IMG/VR virus record: IMGVR_UViG_2648501334_000009
Span: 1-41,524 of that record
Reading direction: 5' to 3' (one strand)
Source of the DNA: a virus
Taxonomy: Duplodnaviria; Heunggongvirae; Uroviricota; Caudoviricetes
DNA: 41,524 bases
The position numbers and the translations under genes were made by a program. This document shows, piece after piece, positions 1 to 9,382 of this stretch; the stretch's first letter is position 1, and every line of letters begins with the position of its first letter. The notes under the pieces are model-generated. The model was not told the DNA's origin. It saw only the letters and a program-made list of their open reading frames with translations, and ran no database searches.

Positions 1-270
<270 letters not shown>

Positions 271-475
271 TTACCGTTAAATCATTTTAAAATCAGTAAG
301 TTGTATCGAGTTTGTATGCTTGACTGTCATTAACTTACTGTATGTTGATCCAGTGTATTTAACCTTGATAAACTCAGTCCAGCAACACAAAACCGCAACA
401 CATTGCATTTTGTCCCGTAGAAAAGACTTGTATGTGTGAGCTTGTTTTCTGCGCCTACGCAGATAAGGATTGAGA

Positions 476-1873
476 ATGCCGCGCACTGTAACACATAATC
501 CGGATAGCCCCAATAATGACGATGTTTTAGCCGCTTCTGAAAAATGGGACGCCTGTAAACCCCCCTATACCAGCGCACACATGAAAATCTGTGTTGCTGC
601 CGCCAAAATCATCCTCGCTGCTTCCGGCGTGGCTCGCCGTTCCAAATACGAAAAAGAGAACTATCTCCGTATCGATTTCAGCAAAGCCGGTAAGGTTACA
701 TTTTACGCCGAGTTTCCAAAAAAGATGGGCCTCAAAGGTAAAAAGCTCGGCGAGTGGCCGGAGCTCGCTATCCAGCTGGCGCGCGAAAAAGCACTAGGTA
801 TGGCTGACGGTGGACTGCGGGCAGAGTCCGTACATGCAGCGCTGGAAATGTACCGGGATGACCTCAAAGCCAAAGTAGCCCGTCAGAAGCTGAGCCCGGA
901 CAGTTTCACAACCTACGGGGTGCGTATCGACCGGATTAAATCAACGTTCGGCGAGCGCGAGGTGTTCAGCGACGTAACATACAGTCGGCTGGTGGAAGTG
1001 CTGGACGAGTGGATCGCCACTCGCTCGAACAATAACGCCCTGGAGTTGTTTGCCGAGCTCCGTCGGTTCTGGAAGTTCTGCGCACCTACTCTTTGCAACG
1101 GCCGCAATGTTGCCGCCAGTCTGCCAGATGATTATGTTTCCTCCCGCGTACAGAAACCTACCCCCACACGGCTTTTTACCGATATTGAATCAATCGCCCG
1201 ACTCTGGCTCAATGTTGCTGCCTGCACCTCTGTACACCAGAAGAATGCTGTTCGCTTCATGATCATCACTGGTGTTCGTCCGATTAATGTCCATAACCTG
1301 CGCTGGGACTACGTTCACGAGGAGGCTGGTGAAATTGTTTATCCGGAAGGGGTTATCGGCATGCGAGGGGCTATGAAAACACAAAAGGCTTTCCGCCTGC
1401 CGATAACGCCTGAGATCCGGCGGATTATCGACGAGCAGAAAGCCTGGCGTGATTCAGTTCCTGAGTGCAACAGGGATTATGTATTTTTGCAGCCACGTGA
1501 TCCAATGCAGCCATTTTCAAAACGATCACTGGATAAGCTGGTGAAAACATACAGCCCGGACGGGGCTGTAAAAGGAATAAAACATGATGGGACTGTTAAA
1601 GGGAAAGACGGTGCATTTAATACGATGTGCCGTAAATTCCTTAAGAGCAATGTTATTGCCTTGATGAAGGAAAGAGGCTATTCCCGCTCAGACCGAAGGG
1701 AAATCAGCCTCCTTTGCCTTCACCACTCCAGCAAGTCAGATGACCCGATGGCAGAACATTACGACTTTTCTGATGAGATTTTACAGGAAGAGATTGCGTT
1801 GAAGCGCGAAGCTTTCGAGGCTCACGAGCGGAGCATACTTGCGCAGGTGGCATTGCTACGGCGGCGAGGTTAA
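476..1873 (+). CDS. Phage integrase, tyrosine recombinase family
   Basis: ATG at 476 preceded by AAGGA; 'ITGVRPINVHNLRWDYV' fits the box I TGxRxxE...LxWxD pattern; convergent with an AlpA/Xis-like gene and next to a host gene. The tracked ORF starts at a TTG at 470. Confidence 0.7.
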   Translation: MPRTVTHNPDSPNNDDVLAASEKWDACKPPYTSAHMKICVAAAKIILAASGVARRSKYEKENYLRIDFSKAGKVTFYAEFPKKMGLKGKKLGEWPELAIQLAREKALGMADGGLRAESVHAALEMYRDDLKAKVARQKLSPDSFTTYGVRIDRIKSTFGEREVFSDVTYSRLVEVLDEWIATRSNNNALELFAELRRFWKFCAPTLCNGRNVAASLPDDYVSSRVQKPTPTRLFTDIESIARLWLNVAACTSVHQKNAVRFMIITGVRPINVHNLRWDYVHEEAGEIVYPEGVIGMRGAMKTQKAFRLPITPEIRRIIDEQKAWRDSVPECNRDYVFLQPRDPMQPFSKRSLDKLVKTYSPDGAVKGIKHDGTVKGKDGAFNTMCRKFLKSNVIALMKERGYSRSDRREISLLCLHHSSKSDDPMAEHYDFSDEILQEEIALKREAFEAHERSILAQVALLRRRG

Positions 1874-2070
1874 TACTGGCTGCGACATTTTTGAATAAAA
1901 GCGTCGACATTTCGGCGCTCATAACGAACTACTTTTGCACTGAAACGAATTGGTGCCAGGATAGCCCGATGACGATGCTTAATATTCCACTCACATAGCG
2001 TTTTCTGTGTAATACCTAACTTTTGGCATACTTCATCCGGGGTGAGTAAATCGTCGGGTTTCTCGCTCAT
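1870..2070 (-). CDS. AlpA/excisionase-like helix-turn-helix DNA-binding protein
   Basis: 66-aa protein with the 'LLTPDEVCQKLGITQKTLCEW' HTH pattern typical of AlpA/Xis regulators; its start overlaps the helicase stop (ATGA), and its stop overlaps the integrase stop. Confidence 0.6.
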   Translation of the reverse strand: MSEKPDDLLTPDEVCQKLGITQKTLCEWNIKHRHRAILAPIRFSAKVVRYERRNVDAFIQKCRSQY

Positions 2071-3479
2071 GCTATACCTCTCTTTTTCATGGCATCGAGC
2101 AGGATGTCCTGCACTGTTCGTTTTGAGTTGCGCCGCTCCATCACCATTTCGTCCATAGTGTCGGCAGCAATAATGTGGTGAATAAATACCGGACGATTGT
2201 GTCCGGCCTGTATCTGCCTGGTGGGGCCGATACGTTCAATAATTTGCTGATATTGCTCCAGGTCCCACCAGTGTGAGAAAAATACCAGTATATTTCCGCC
2301 GTCCTGCATGTTCAGGCCGTGGCCCGCGCTGGCTGGGTGTGCAAAGAGAACAGGAATCTTTCCGGAATTCCAGTCGCGCAGTGTCTGTGGATCCTGGTCG
2401 AGGTGACGACCGCGAGGGAATGCTTTAAGCAAGCGTTCAAGATCGTGTTTCCAGTGATAAGCAACCAGCACAGGTGCGCCAGCTGCTTCGGTCAGTATGC
2501 TGTCCAGCGCCTGTAGTTTGGTGTCATGCAGTTCTGACCAACTTCCGGTGTCGTCTGTGTATACTGCGCCACTGGCGATTTGAAGACACTTCAGTGTCTT
2601 TGCCGCGGCGTTCGGTGCTTCGATGCCTTCGCTATTCAGCTCGAGGAACATTTCCTTTTCCATTTCACGATACTGCTGACGGGCCTTCGGGGGCATATCC
2701 ACGCGGATTACGTTATGGATGGGGTCTTTGATATCGAACCAGTCGGCCGCATCCAGCGAGAGGGTCACATCGGCTAATGCTCGCTGTATTTCACCCTGTG
2801 AGTGAGCAAAAGGTTCCAGTTTAGTCCAGCTCTGTCCCGGAAACTGTATCGAGTTGAACCAGCGTGAGGTAAACGCACCGTAAGTGCGCCCGAGACGTTG
2901 CCCCTGGTCCACAAACCACGCTTGTCCCCACAAATCTACCAGGCCGTTCGGTGCTGGCGTACCGGTGAGATTTATCCAGCGCCGGACATACTTATGCGCC
3001 ACTTTGCCCAGTGCCGCAGCGCGCTTACCACCACCTCGTAGCCGGAAGGATTTTAGCCGGGTGCTTTCATCTGGAATAACAGTACCGAACGGCCATCGTT
3101 CTCCCAATTCCTCAACCAGCCAGACAAGGTTATCGTAGTTGATGGTGAACACGCTCGCGTTGCTGTTCGCCAGCGCCGTAGAGCGCGCTTTGGCGTTACC
3201 GATAATCGGCTGTACCTCAATATTACGCAGGTGCCCCCATTTAACAGCTTCATCAGGCCAGGTGCTTGCTGCAACGCGTAGCGGCGCGAGGACCAGTGCG
3301 GGGCGTGTTTCTGCCCCTGCCATAAAGAGATCTTCCAGCGTAGTGAGCGTTGCCACGGTTTTACCCATTCCCATTCCTGCCCAAATATTGCAGCGGGAAA
3401 TACCTATTTCGTGATTAATAATTAGTTCTTGGTATAACCGGGGGGTAAAAGATATCATAACAAGAGATAACCTATACAC
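2067..3479 (-). CDS. SNF2-family ATP-dependent helicase
   Basis: Walker A-like 'AGMGMGKTVA' and a DExx box 'VIPDESTRLKS'. The true start may be an internal Met (MISFTPRLYQ). Confidence 0.7.
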   Translation of the reverse strand: MYRLSLVMISFTPRLYQELIINHEIGISRCNIWAGMGMGKTVATLTTLEDLFMAGAETRPALVLAPLRVAASTWPDEAVKWGHLRNIEVQPIIGNAKARSTALANSNASVFTINYDNLVWLVEELGERWPFGTVIPDESTRLKSFRLRGGGKRAAALGKVAHKYVRRWINLTGTPAPNGLVDLWGQAWFVDQGQRLGRTYGAFTSRWFNSIQFPGQSWTKLEPFAHSQGEIQRALADVTLSLDAADWFDIKDPIHNVIRVDMPPKARQQYREMEKEMFLELNSEGIEAPNAAAKTLKCLQIASGAVYTDDTGSWSELHDTKLQALDSILTEAAGAPVLVAYHWKHDLERLLKAFPRGRHLDQDPQTLRDWNSGKIPVLFAHPASAGHGLNMQDGGNILVFFSHWWDLEQYQQIIERIGPTRQIQAGHNRPVFIHHIIAADTMDEMVMERRNSKRTVQDILLDAMKKRGIA

Positions 3480-3500
3480 ATTCTGAGATTAGGGGTTAAA

Positions 3501-4121
3501 ATGGATATTTGGGAAAAAAGTAAAATTATTATATTTTTGCTTTTCGTTATTCCTGGTTTTATAAGTATGAAAGTTTATAGTGTTATTCATCCTAATACCG
3601 CTTTTGATACTTCTAAAGCGATTGTGGAAATTGTTTCTTATAGCTGTATAAATTACGCAGTATGGTTTGCTCCTATATATTTTATAGAATCTGAGGGTGT
3701 ATATCTCAAACATCCTGTTCTTTATTGTGCTTTATACTTGGTGATTTTATTCATTAGCCCAATATTGTTAACGATATTTTTCTCTTGGATGCGAACTTGG
3801 CGTTGGTTATGTAATTATATGCCACATCCTACCGGAAGAGCTTGGGATTATTTCTTTGGGTTAAAAGTCCCCTGTTGGATGATTATTACGCTAAAAAATG
3901 GTAAAAAAATAGCAGGCAAGTTTGGGGCTAACTCATTTGCTTCCAGTGCACCAGAGCCAGAGCAAATTTATCTTGAGGAACATTGGGTTCTAAACGATGA
4001 TGGGGGATTTGAACGCCCTCGAGTTTCAACATTAGGAATATTAATTTTAGGTAACGATATAGAAAATTTAGAGTTTTTCCGTTTTGAACTACCAACATGC
4101 AATAATGGAGAAAGCAACTGA
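3501..4121 (+). CDS. Hypothetical integral membrane protein (accessory moron)
   Basis: Three N-terminal hydrophobic helices followed by a soluble C-terminal domain; very AT-rich; on the opposite strand to the flanking early operon; AGGGG ribosome-binding site. Confidence 0.55.
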   Translation: MDIWEKSKIIIFLLFVIPGFISMKVYSVIHPNTAFDTSKAIVEIVSYSCINYAVWFAPIYFIESEGVYLKHPVLYCALYLVILFISPILLTIFFSWMRTWRWLCNYMPHPTGRAWDYFFGLKVPCWMIITLKNGKKIAGKFGANSFASSAPEPEQIYLEEHWVLNDDGGFERPRVSTLGILILGNDIENLEFFRFELPTCNNGESN

Positions 4122-4264
4122 TGTCAGATACCAAAAGAAGTTATAAGGAAGATGGATATACCCCTATTGAAAAAGGGTATCAGCCTAAAAATGACTTGGC
4201 TAATAATGGTTTTCAACCTTCGAAGCAAACTTCCCAGCCAGCTCCACCACCCAAAAAACCATAA
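4121..4264 (+). CDS. Small hypothetical protein, 47 aa (below the ORF-track cutoff)
   Basis: ATG overlaps the stop of the upstream ORF (TGATG); translates to MSDTKRSYKEDGYTPIEKGYQPKNDLANNGFQPSKQTSQPAPPPKKP; same AT-rich block. Confidence 0.35.
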   Translation: MSDTKRSYKEDGYTPIEKGYQPKNDLANNGFQPSKQTSQPAPPPKKP

Positions 4265-4570
4265 CTAAGTATTGGGGGGAATAATTCCCCCCAGCTCTTT
4301 GCTATCCAGTACCACCACGGTAAAGCCCAGCTTTCGCAGACGTTCATGTGTGCGCAACTGGTCAGGTCGTGGTGGTTTGCCGGGGGATTTACATTCAACG
4401 AAAACGATGCGACCGCCGGGTAGCAGAACAATGCGATCCGGTACCGAGCGGCGACCGGGAGATACGAACTTAAAGGCAACCCCGCCAGCTTTTTTCACTT
4501 CAGCGACGAGATGCTTTTCGATAAGGCTTTCACGTTCATAGGCCATCATCCACCGCCTTACGCTTTTCAC
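4265..4570 (-). CDS. VRR-NUC domain nuclease
   Basis: PD-(D/E)xK-type core 'PDRIVLLPGGRIVFVECKSPG'; size and context typical of phage VRR-NUC proteins. Confidence 0.75.
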   Translation of the reverse strand: MKSVRRWMMAYERESLIEKHLVAEVKKAGGVAFKFVSPGRRSVPDRIVLLPGGRIVFVECKSPGKPPRPDQLRTHERLRKLGFTVVVLDSKELGGIIPPNT

Positions 4571-4757
4571 GCATGTTCTGCATCAGGCAAGAATCAGCCC
4601 GGCGCTCTCTCCAGTCCTGATTAAGTTCGTTACGTGATTCACGGTTTGCTTTGGCCCAGACCTTCGCCGCCCGGTCATACTCGCCGGACTGCTCAAGGCG
4701 CAAAGCCTCCTGTGCAGTCCGATAATAAAGCGGACTGTCCCGATATTTAAATGACAT
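4536..4757 (-). CDS. Small hypothetical phage protein
   Basis: Start chosen at the internal Met (MSFKYRDSP...) with a GAGGT ribosome-binding site 8 nt upstream; overlaps the VRR-NUC start. Confidence 0.45.
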   Translation of the reverse strand: MSFKYRDSPLYYRTAQEALRLEQSGEYDRAAKVWAKANRESRNELNQDWRERRADSCLMQNMREKRKAVDDGL

Positions 4758-4773
4758 AGGGGTTACCTCAAAT

Positions 4774-4799
4774 AAATACCCCTGCATTTGCAGGGGTAT
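4774..4799. terminator. Perfect palindromic hairpin, candidate bidirectional terminator
   Basis: AATACCCCTGCA-TT-TGCAGGGGTATT, with A/T runs on both sides; lies between the TIR-like gene stop and the next gene. Confidence 0.6.
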
Positions 4800-4822
4800 T
4801 TACTTTTTAGAAAAATGATTGA

Positions 4823-5584
4823 TTAAGATGAAGCGTTCGCTATTTGAGCTTCATTAAATGTGAAACCGGCCTGTTTAAGGCGCTGGATTAAGCGAGGTAC
4901 AGTTTCTCGAACATGATCATTAAAGTTGAGATAAAGAATACCCGCAGCATCAGAAGGCTGTTCAAGGTGTTGCTTCTGCAAGATGACCACGTTACTGCGG
5001 CCGAGTGATGATAACAACATCCCCATTTCTAGAACTACATTTTGACGAGCCCTGGGCAGGGCTGCTTCTTGACCGTCTCTTTTGGAGTATCCCACATCAT
5101 CGGGAGTGAGAAGAACAATGCCGAAACGAGTCGCTGTCTGCCCTTGACCAATTTCACGCTCCAGTTCTTCAATTATCGTAAGTCCAGTACCACCTGTATT
5201 CTGCAAAATAAAATGATCAGGTAACCCAAGCTTATGAAGAATGAGCTCAAGCTGCTCTTTTGCTGCATGGTCGTGACCGTGAACGATGAAAATCTTTTTG
5301 GCTGGCTCTTGAACCGGGGCTGGCTGAACTCGTTGAGCTGGCGCGTTACCCAAGTGTTCATTAATAATGGCTTCAACCTCTGGTTTTGCCGCTTGTGAGC
5401 CTTGAATCAAAATCGTTCCGGTGTGGTAAAGCGTTATGATGGCACCATTACTTAAACGATAACAATCATGACCGGCTTTGTTTTCTTCTCCGGTAACATC
5501 AAATCCGGATTCGACTAAAAATTGACGAAAAGTTTCGACAGGGTGTGGGTATTTGAGAGCCATTTCATTGAGATCCTGCATCAT
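4823..5584 (-). CDS. Two-domain protein: N-terminal unknown domain plus C-terminal TIR-like (PF10137/Cap12-type) domain; candidate defence effector
   Basis: C-terminal motifs 'KKIFIVHGHD', 'FGIVLLTPDD' and 'RARQNVVLEMGMLLSSLGR' match my recollection of the TIR-like family consensus, with a conserved Glu in the ExG motif; AGGAAA ribosome-binding site; AT-rich 53-bp upstream spacer. Confidence 0.55.
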   Translation of the reverse strand: MMQDLNEMALKYPHPVETFRQFLVESGFDVTGEENKAGHDCYRLSNGAIITLYHTGTILIQGSQAAKPEVEAIINEHLGNAPAQRVQPAPVQEPAKKIFIVHGHDHAAKEQLELILHKLGLPDHFILQNTGGTGLTIIEELEREIGQGQTATRFGIVLLTPDDVGYSKRDGQEAALPRARQNVVLEMGMLLSSLGRSNVVILQKQHLEQPSDAAGILYLNFNDHVRETVPRLIQRLKQAGFTFNEAQIANASS

Positions 5585-5637
5585 TATTTTCCTATAAAAT
5601 AAGCAATATTTAGCAAAGCAGCAATGACAGCGAGCAG

Positions 5638-7713
5638 CTAATCCTTACGGTAGTGGTACGCCTCAAAACCGCCAGCGTTCAGTGGGATATCGGGCGCCCA
5701 TTCGGGGTTAGTGGAGAGAAGCGCGGAAAGCACTTTATCGTTGAAATCTTCTGTGTCAGGTGCTTCGGTGATCACCTCGTCGTGTACCGTCAACACAATG
5801 CTGTAACCGGCATCTTCGATAAGCGGCATGTTTCCGGCCAGAACGTCGCGGGCGGCCGCCTGGGTGACGTTCTCCACCAGCTTTCCGCCGTAGGTTTTGA
5901 GTCGTTGCCATTTACGCGAATAAGAGTTAACACCCATATAGGTGATATTCCCTTTTTCGATAACCGGAGACGGGTAGCATACAGCGCGTCCGGATGGTAG
6001 CTGTATGCGCAGCCACGCGCCATCACGTCGGATTTTAAGATAACCGCAATACAATGTTTTTTGCGGTGTGGCGATTGCTGTGCGGACAGTGCGCTCCAGC
6101 TCGTACCAGAAATCGCAGGTCGCCGGGTGCGCCCTGCGCCACAGGCGCTTGAGCGAGTCACATGCGATGAATACACGCTCGGAAAGGCCAAAGGTCGACT
6201 TACGTTTAACCGATTCGTCGTACCAGCTTTTCGCCTCGCGGATAACATCGCGGGGAATGTTTGGCAGTGCGGCGTTCGCCAGCTCGTCGAGATCGAGACC
6301 GTAAACCAGAGCAAAAGTGATGAAAGCCGATACACCACCTCCATAACCCAGACCGAGTTCCATGACTTTACCGATCTGACGCATGTGTTTATCAACATCA
6401 TCTGGTGCAATATCGAAAGCTTTTGCATACGCCAGTTTATATAAGTCCGGACCCGTTCCGGCGTCGTACTCTCTGAATGCATTCAGTTTCCATTCTTCTC
6501 CCGCCAGCCATGCCAGCATACGGCCTTCAATGTTTGACAAGTCACTTACCACCAGTTTTTTGCCTGTTGGCGCGATAATGCAGCCACGTAACGCTGAACT
6601 GGTTAGTTCCATGATATTGTCAAACAGCAGGTCTGCACATCCGGCTTTCAGTGCTTCGATGCCTTCGTCTATTTGTTCCTGTTTTAGTGAAGGGCGGGGA
6701 AGGTTCTGGGGCTGGAATAGCCGTCCGGCCCAACGACCGGTACGTGACGCCCCGCAGAACTGTAGCGTACCGCGTAAGCGCCCGTCGTGGCTTACGCCTT
6801 TCATCAGTGCCTTGTATTTACTGGTGCTGGTAGTACTGGCTTGCAGGCGGATAGCCAGCAGTTCTTTCACGGCAGATGGTAAATCGGGGTCGGCAATACG
6901 ACGTTCCAGAGTACTGCGTTGCATGTCTGGTAGCTCCACACTGTAGGATTCAACAATGTGCTTAATCAACGCGTCCCGTTGTGTGGCTGCCTGCACTTCG
7001 CCATCAGTCATTTCCTGTGTACGCTTTGCCAGGCGCTTTTGCTCCTGGTCTACCGCTTCGATCGCAGCGCGCGCGAGTTGCATGTCCATGCAGACGCCCC
7101 GGTCGTTGATCTGCTGATCACGATGCCAGAGCGCCAGCTCTGTCCCCTGATAATTCCACTTCGGCAGACGTTTATAGACTTCGCGCATTGCCTCGATATC
7201 CAGTCCGGCGTAAGCAACAAAGCGCCGCCATTCTTCCGGGTGGGTTTTGCTGGTGGCACGGCGCAGTTTGCTGTTTTTCGGGCGGGGCTTACAGAACAGC
7301 TGGATCAGCGCTTTACCTTCTTTGTCCTTCGCTTTGTCTTGCGGGACGCCGAGTATTTCGCAGAGTTCCCCCAGAGACCCCGGGAGACCATGCGCCAGCG
7401 CCTGTACCATTGTGTCTCGCCAGCGTTTGGCACTACCTGCAACAACACATTGGGGAGTGTGCAGCAATGCATGGCGCAACATGGTGCGATCGAAATGGCT
7501 GTTGTGTGCATATATTAGTACGCTCTCATCGCTGAGAGCTGTCAGTAGTCGTGTCGGCAAGTTATAGTCTGTGGTTAAATCGTGTACGCTGACGGGGTCT
7601 TCGTCGATTGCCCATGCGAATAACATGATTTCGACTCCTTCTGCATAGACATGGGTGCCGTTTTTTATTGGGATTTCGCTGAAAGTTTCGAGGTCTAACC
7701 AAAGTTTTTGCAT
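5638..7713 (-). CDS. Family A DNA polymerase with N-terminal 3'-5' exonuclease domain
   Basis: Exo I motif 'LDLETFS' near the N-terminus; motif C '[10 protein letters not shown]' and '[13 protein letters not shown]' near the C-terminus. Start placed at the internal Met (MQKLW); the tracked ORF extends to 7755. Confidence 0.8.
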   Translation of the reverse strand: MQKLWLDLETFSEIPIKNGTHVYAEGVEIMLFAWAIDEDPVSVHDLTTDYNLPTRLLTALSDESVLIYAHNSHFDRTMLRHALLHTPQCVVAGSAKRWRDTMVQALAHGLPGSLGELCEILGVPQDKAKDKEGKALIQLFCKPRPKNSKLRRATSKTHPEEWRRFVAYAGLDIEAMREVYKRLPKWNYQGTELALWHRDQQINDRGVCMDMQLARAAIEAVDQEQKRLAKRTQEMTDGEVQAATQRDALIKHIVESYSVELPDMQRSTLERRIADPDLPSAVKELLAIRLQASTTSTSKYKALMKGVSHDGRLRGTLQFCGASRTGRWAGRLFQPQNLPRPSLKQEQIDEGIEALKAGCADLLFDNIMELTSSALRGCIIAPTGKKLVVSDLSNIEGRMLAWLAGEEWKLNAFREYDAGTGPDLYKLAYAKAFDIAPDDVDKHMRQIGKVMELGLGYGGGVSAFITFALVYGLDLDELANAALPNIPRDVIREAKSWYDESVKRKSTFGLSERVFIACDSLKRLWRRAHPATCDFWYELERTVRTAIATPQKTLYCGYLKIRRDGAWLRIQLPSGRAVCYPSPVIEKGNITYMGVNSYSRKWQRLKTYGGKLVENVTQAAARDVLAGNMPLIEDAGYSIVLTVHDEVITEAPDTEDFNDKVLSALLSTNPEWAPDIPLNAGGFEAYHYRKD

Positions 7714-7745
7714 CAAGTAAGGACCCGTTGGATTTAATAAATAAA

Positions 7746-7768
7746 AAGCCGCCAAAATGGCGGCTTTT
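7746..7768. terminator. Hairpin terminator downstream of the SIR2 gene
   Basis: AAAGCCGCC-AAAAT-GGCGGCTTT flanked by A and T runs. Confidence 0.55.
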
Positions 7769-7789
7769 TATAACCGAAGTTAAGAATGC

Positions 7790-9292
7790 TTAATATGATA
7801 AATAATCATACAGGCATAAAAGTCGCCTGTATTGGGTATCAATTTTATGCCCTGGTTTTGTTAAATAATCTCGTAGTTGTTTCAATGAAATAGTATCGTT
7901 TAGTACGCAATACATAATCGTGTTAGCAACTTTATACTCTTTCGTTTCTTTTAGTATTTCATCAATAGACACAGCCTCACTCTTACATGTTTTAATTCGA
8001 GAAAGGTTACCAATGATTTTATCTAGCTGCCGTTTTCTGTATGTCTCGGTATTTTCTAGTTCAGGGCAGATAGAACTAAAAGCGTATATTGGAAAGTGTT
8101 CGCTATTAGCTATGGTTTGCTTATTCAGTAATGCGATAAGCTGAGAGTTTGCTTCGTCAACTATTTTAAAATAGTTCTGTATCATTTCAGATTTTGTTTG
8201 ATAAACATATTGTACGGTTCTTTCTGAACCAACAGCAATGACCATTTCATCATTGCGAAGTTCATCTAAATTTTCTGTAATTTTAACCTTTATCTCACCA
8301 CCACTTTTGATGGTACTCCAAACTTTTTGAACCTTTCTTATGTCCATTGCGGATACTGGCAAAACTAGTCCAGAGATGGCATCATATACAGCTTTGTAAT
8401 TGTTTGTTTTTATTTTGTTTATTCTTATGATAGACATGCCTTCTATATCTATGTCATGCTCCGTAATTTCAGTTGACATGCTGTCTTTTTCGTATTCAAC
8501 CAAAAGGAAATTATCTTTTATCCTTTTTGCAAGTTCGGTATTTAAGTCAACGTATGAGAATATGGTTTTTAATAAGTACTTAATGTTTTTATCGCTAATA
8601 CTATACCCTATAAATATGATAGGGTTGTGTATGAATATTGAGAGTAATTGAGCGCGAATTAACTCATATTTATTGTCGAAGTTTGCGTAGTCTTCACCTG
8701 TGATAATTATGTTGTTAGGATCACTAACACAGCCATGTATTTTGTAAACTGAACCGTATGGGTTACTTAAAAGAATGTTGTTACCAATCAGTGGGTTAAA
8801 TTCGAAGATATTCTCTACGAGTTGGTCGTAGTTTGTTGTAATGATGGAGCCTATGTTTTTTCTTGTTTTTATTAAGCTGTTTATTTCCTCCATCATTGAC
8901 TCTTTTATCTTTAGGTCTTTAAGTATTGAAGTTAAATAAATTTTGAATCGACTTAGTTTTTTTCCTTTTTTCATGTGCTCATAGAAAACATCATTGATGT
9001 CTTTGAACTTACCGTTACGATCTTCTGCCAGCTTTTTATTAAAAATATCTTCAAGTTTTGTAGCTAAGATATCATATCGATAGTCGTCACCTTCTAGGCT
9101 TTCAGCTTTCAAATCGTAGTAAAACTCAGCATTACCGGTTAGTTCCATTGCGACACTCAAAAGAAGACCATCCCAGCTAAATGAGTTTTCTAGATACCGT
9201 AGGCTAAATCCTGTTCCAATGAATAGAACAGGGTGGTTTTTATAGTGACTTACAAACTCTTGGATTTCCATACCGATTCTCAAAGTTGACAC
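7790..9292 (-). CDS. SIR2-domain protein (sirtuin-like NAD-binding fold) with an uncharacterised C-terminal domain; candidate anti-phage defence protein
   Basis: Motifs 'PVLFIGTGFS' (GxGxS loop), 'ITTNYDQLVE', 'VYKIHGCVSDP', 'IFIGYSISDKNIKYLL' align with the Thoeris ThsA SIR2 domain as I recall it; strongly AT-rich; GTG start with an AGAGG ribosome-binding site; own terminator. Confidence 0.7.
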   Translation of the reverse strand: MSTLRIGMEIQEFVSHYKNHPVLFIGTGFSLRYLENSFSWDGLLLSVAMELTGNAEFYYDLKAESLEGDDYRYDILATKLEDIFNKKLAEDRNGKFKDINDVFYEHMKKGKKLSRFKIYLTSILKDLKIKESMMEEINSLIKTRKNIGSIITTNYDQLVENIFEFNPLIGNNILLSNPYGSVYKIHGCVSDPNNIIITGEDYANFDNKYELIRAQLLSIFIHNPIIFIGYSISDKNIKYLLKTIFSYVDLNTELAKRIKDNFLLVEYEKDSMSTEITEHDIDIEGMSIIRINKIKTNNYKAVYDAISGLVLPVSAMDIRKVQKVWSTIKSGGEIKVKITENLDELRNDEMVIAVGSERTVQYVYQTKSEMIQNYFKIVDEANSQLIALLNKQTIANSEHFPIYAFSSICPELENTETYRKRQLDKIIGNLSRIKTCKSEAVSIDEILKETKEYKVANTIMYCVLNDTISLKQLRDYLTKPGHKIDTQYRRLLCLYDYLSY

Positions 9293-9382
9293 GTAATACC
9301 TCTATAAAAACAAATAGCCGTAAAAATTCCAATAGCTTTTTGGATCTCGCCCGGCGTGTAACCGGGCGTCTATGAAGAAGGG

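Noticed and set aside
6383-6946. 187-aa plus-strand ORF, and several similar ORFs, antisense to the polymerase gene
   Set aside because: They lie fully inside a well-supported polymerase coding sequence and have Ser/Arg/Ala-rich low-complexity composition typical of antisense frames in GC-rich genes.
4823-9292. Calling a canonical Thoeris system (ThsA SIR2 plus ThsB TIR)
   Set aside because: The two genes are not adjacent (the polymerase gene separates them), each has its own terminator, and the TIR-like domain looks like the Cap12/Pycsar type rather than ThsB. It is reported as a hypothesis only.
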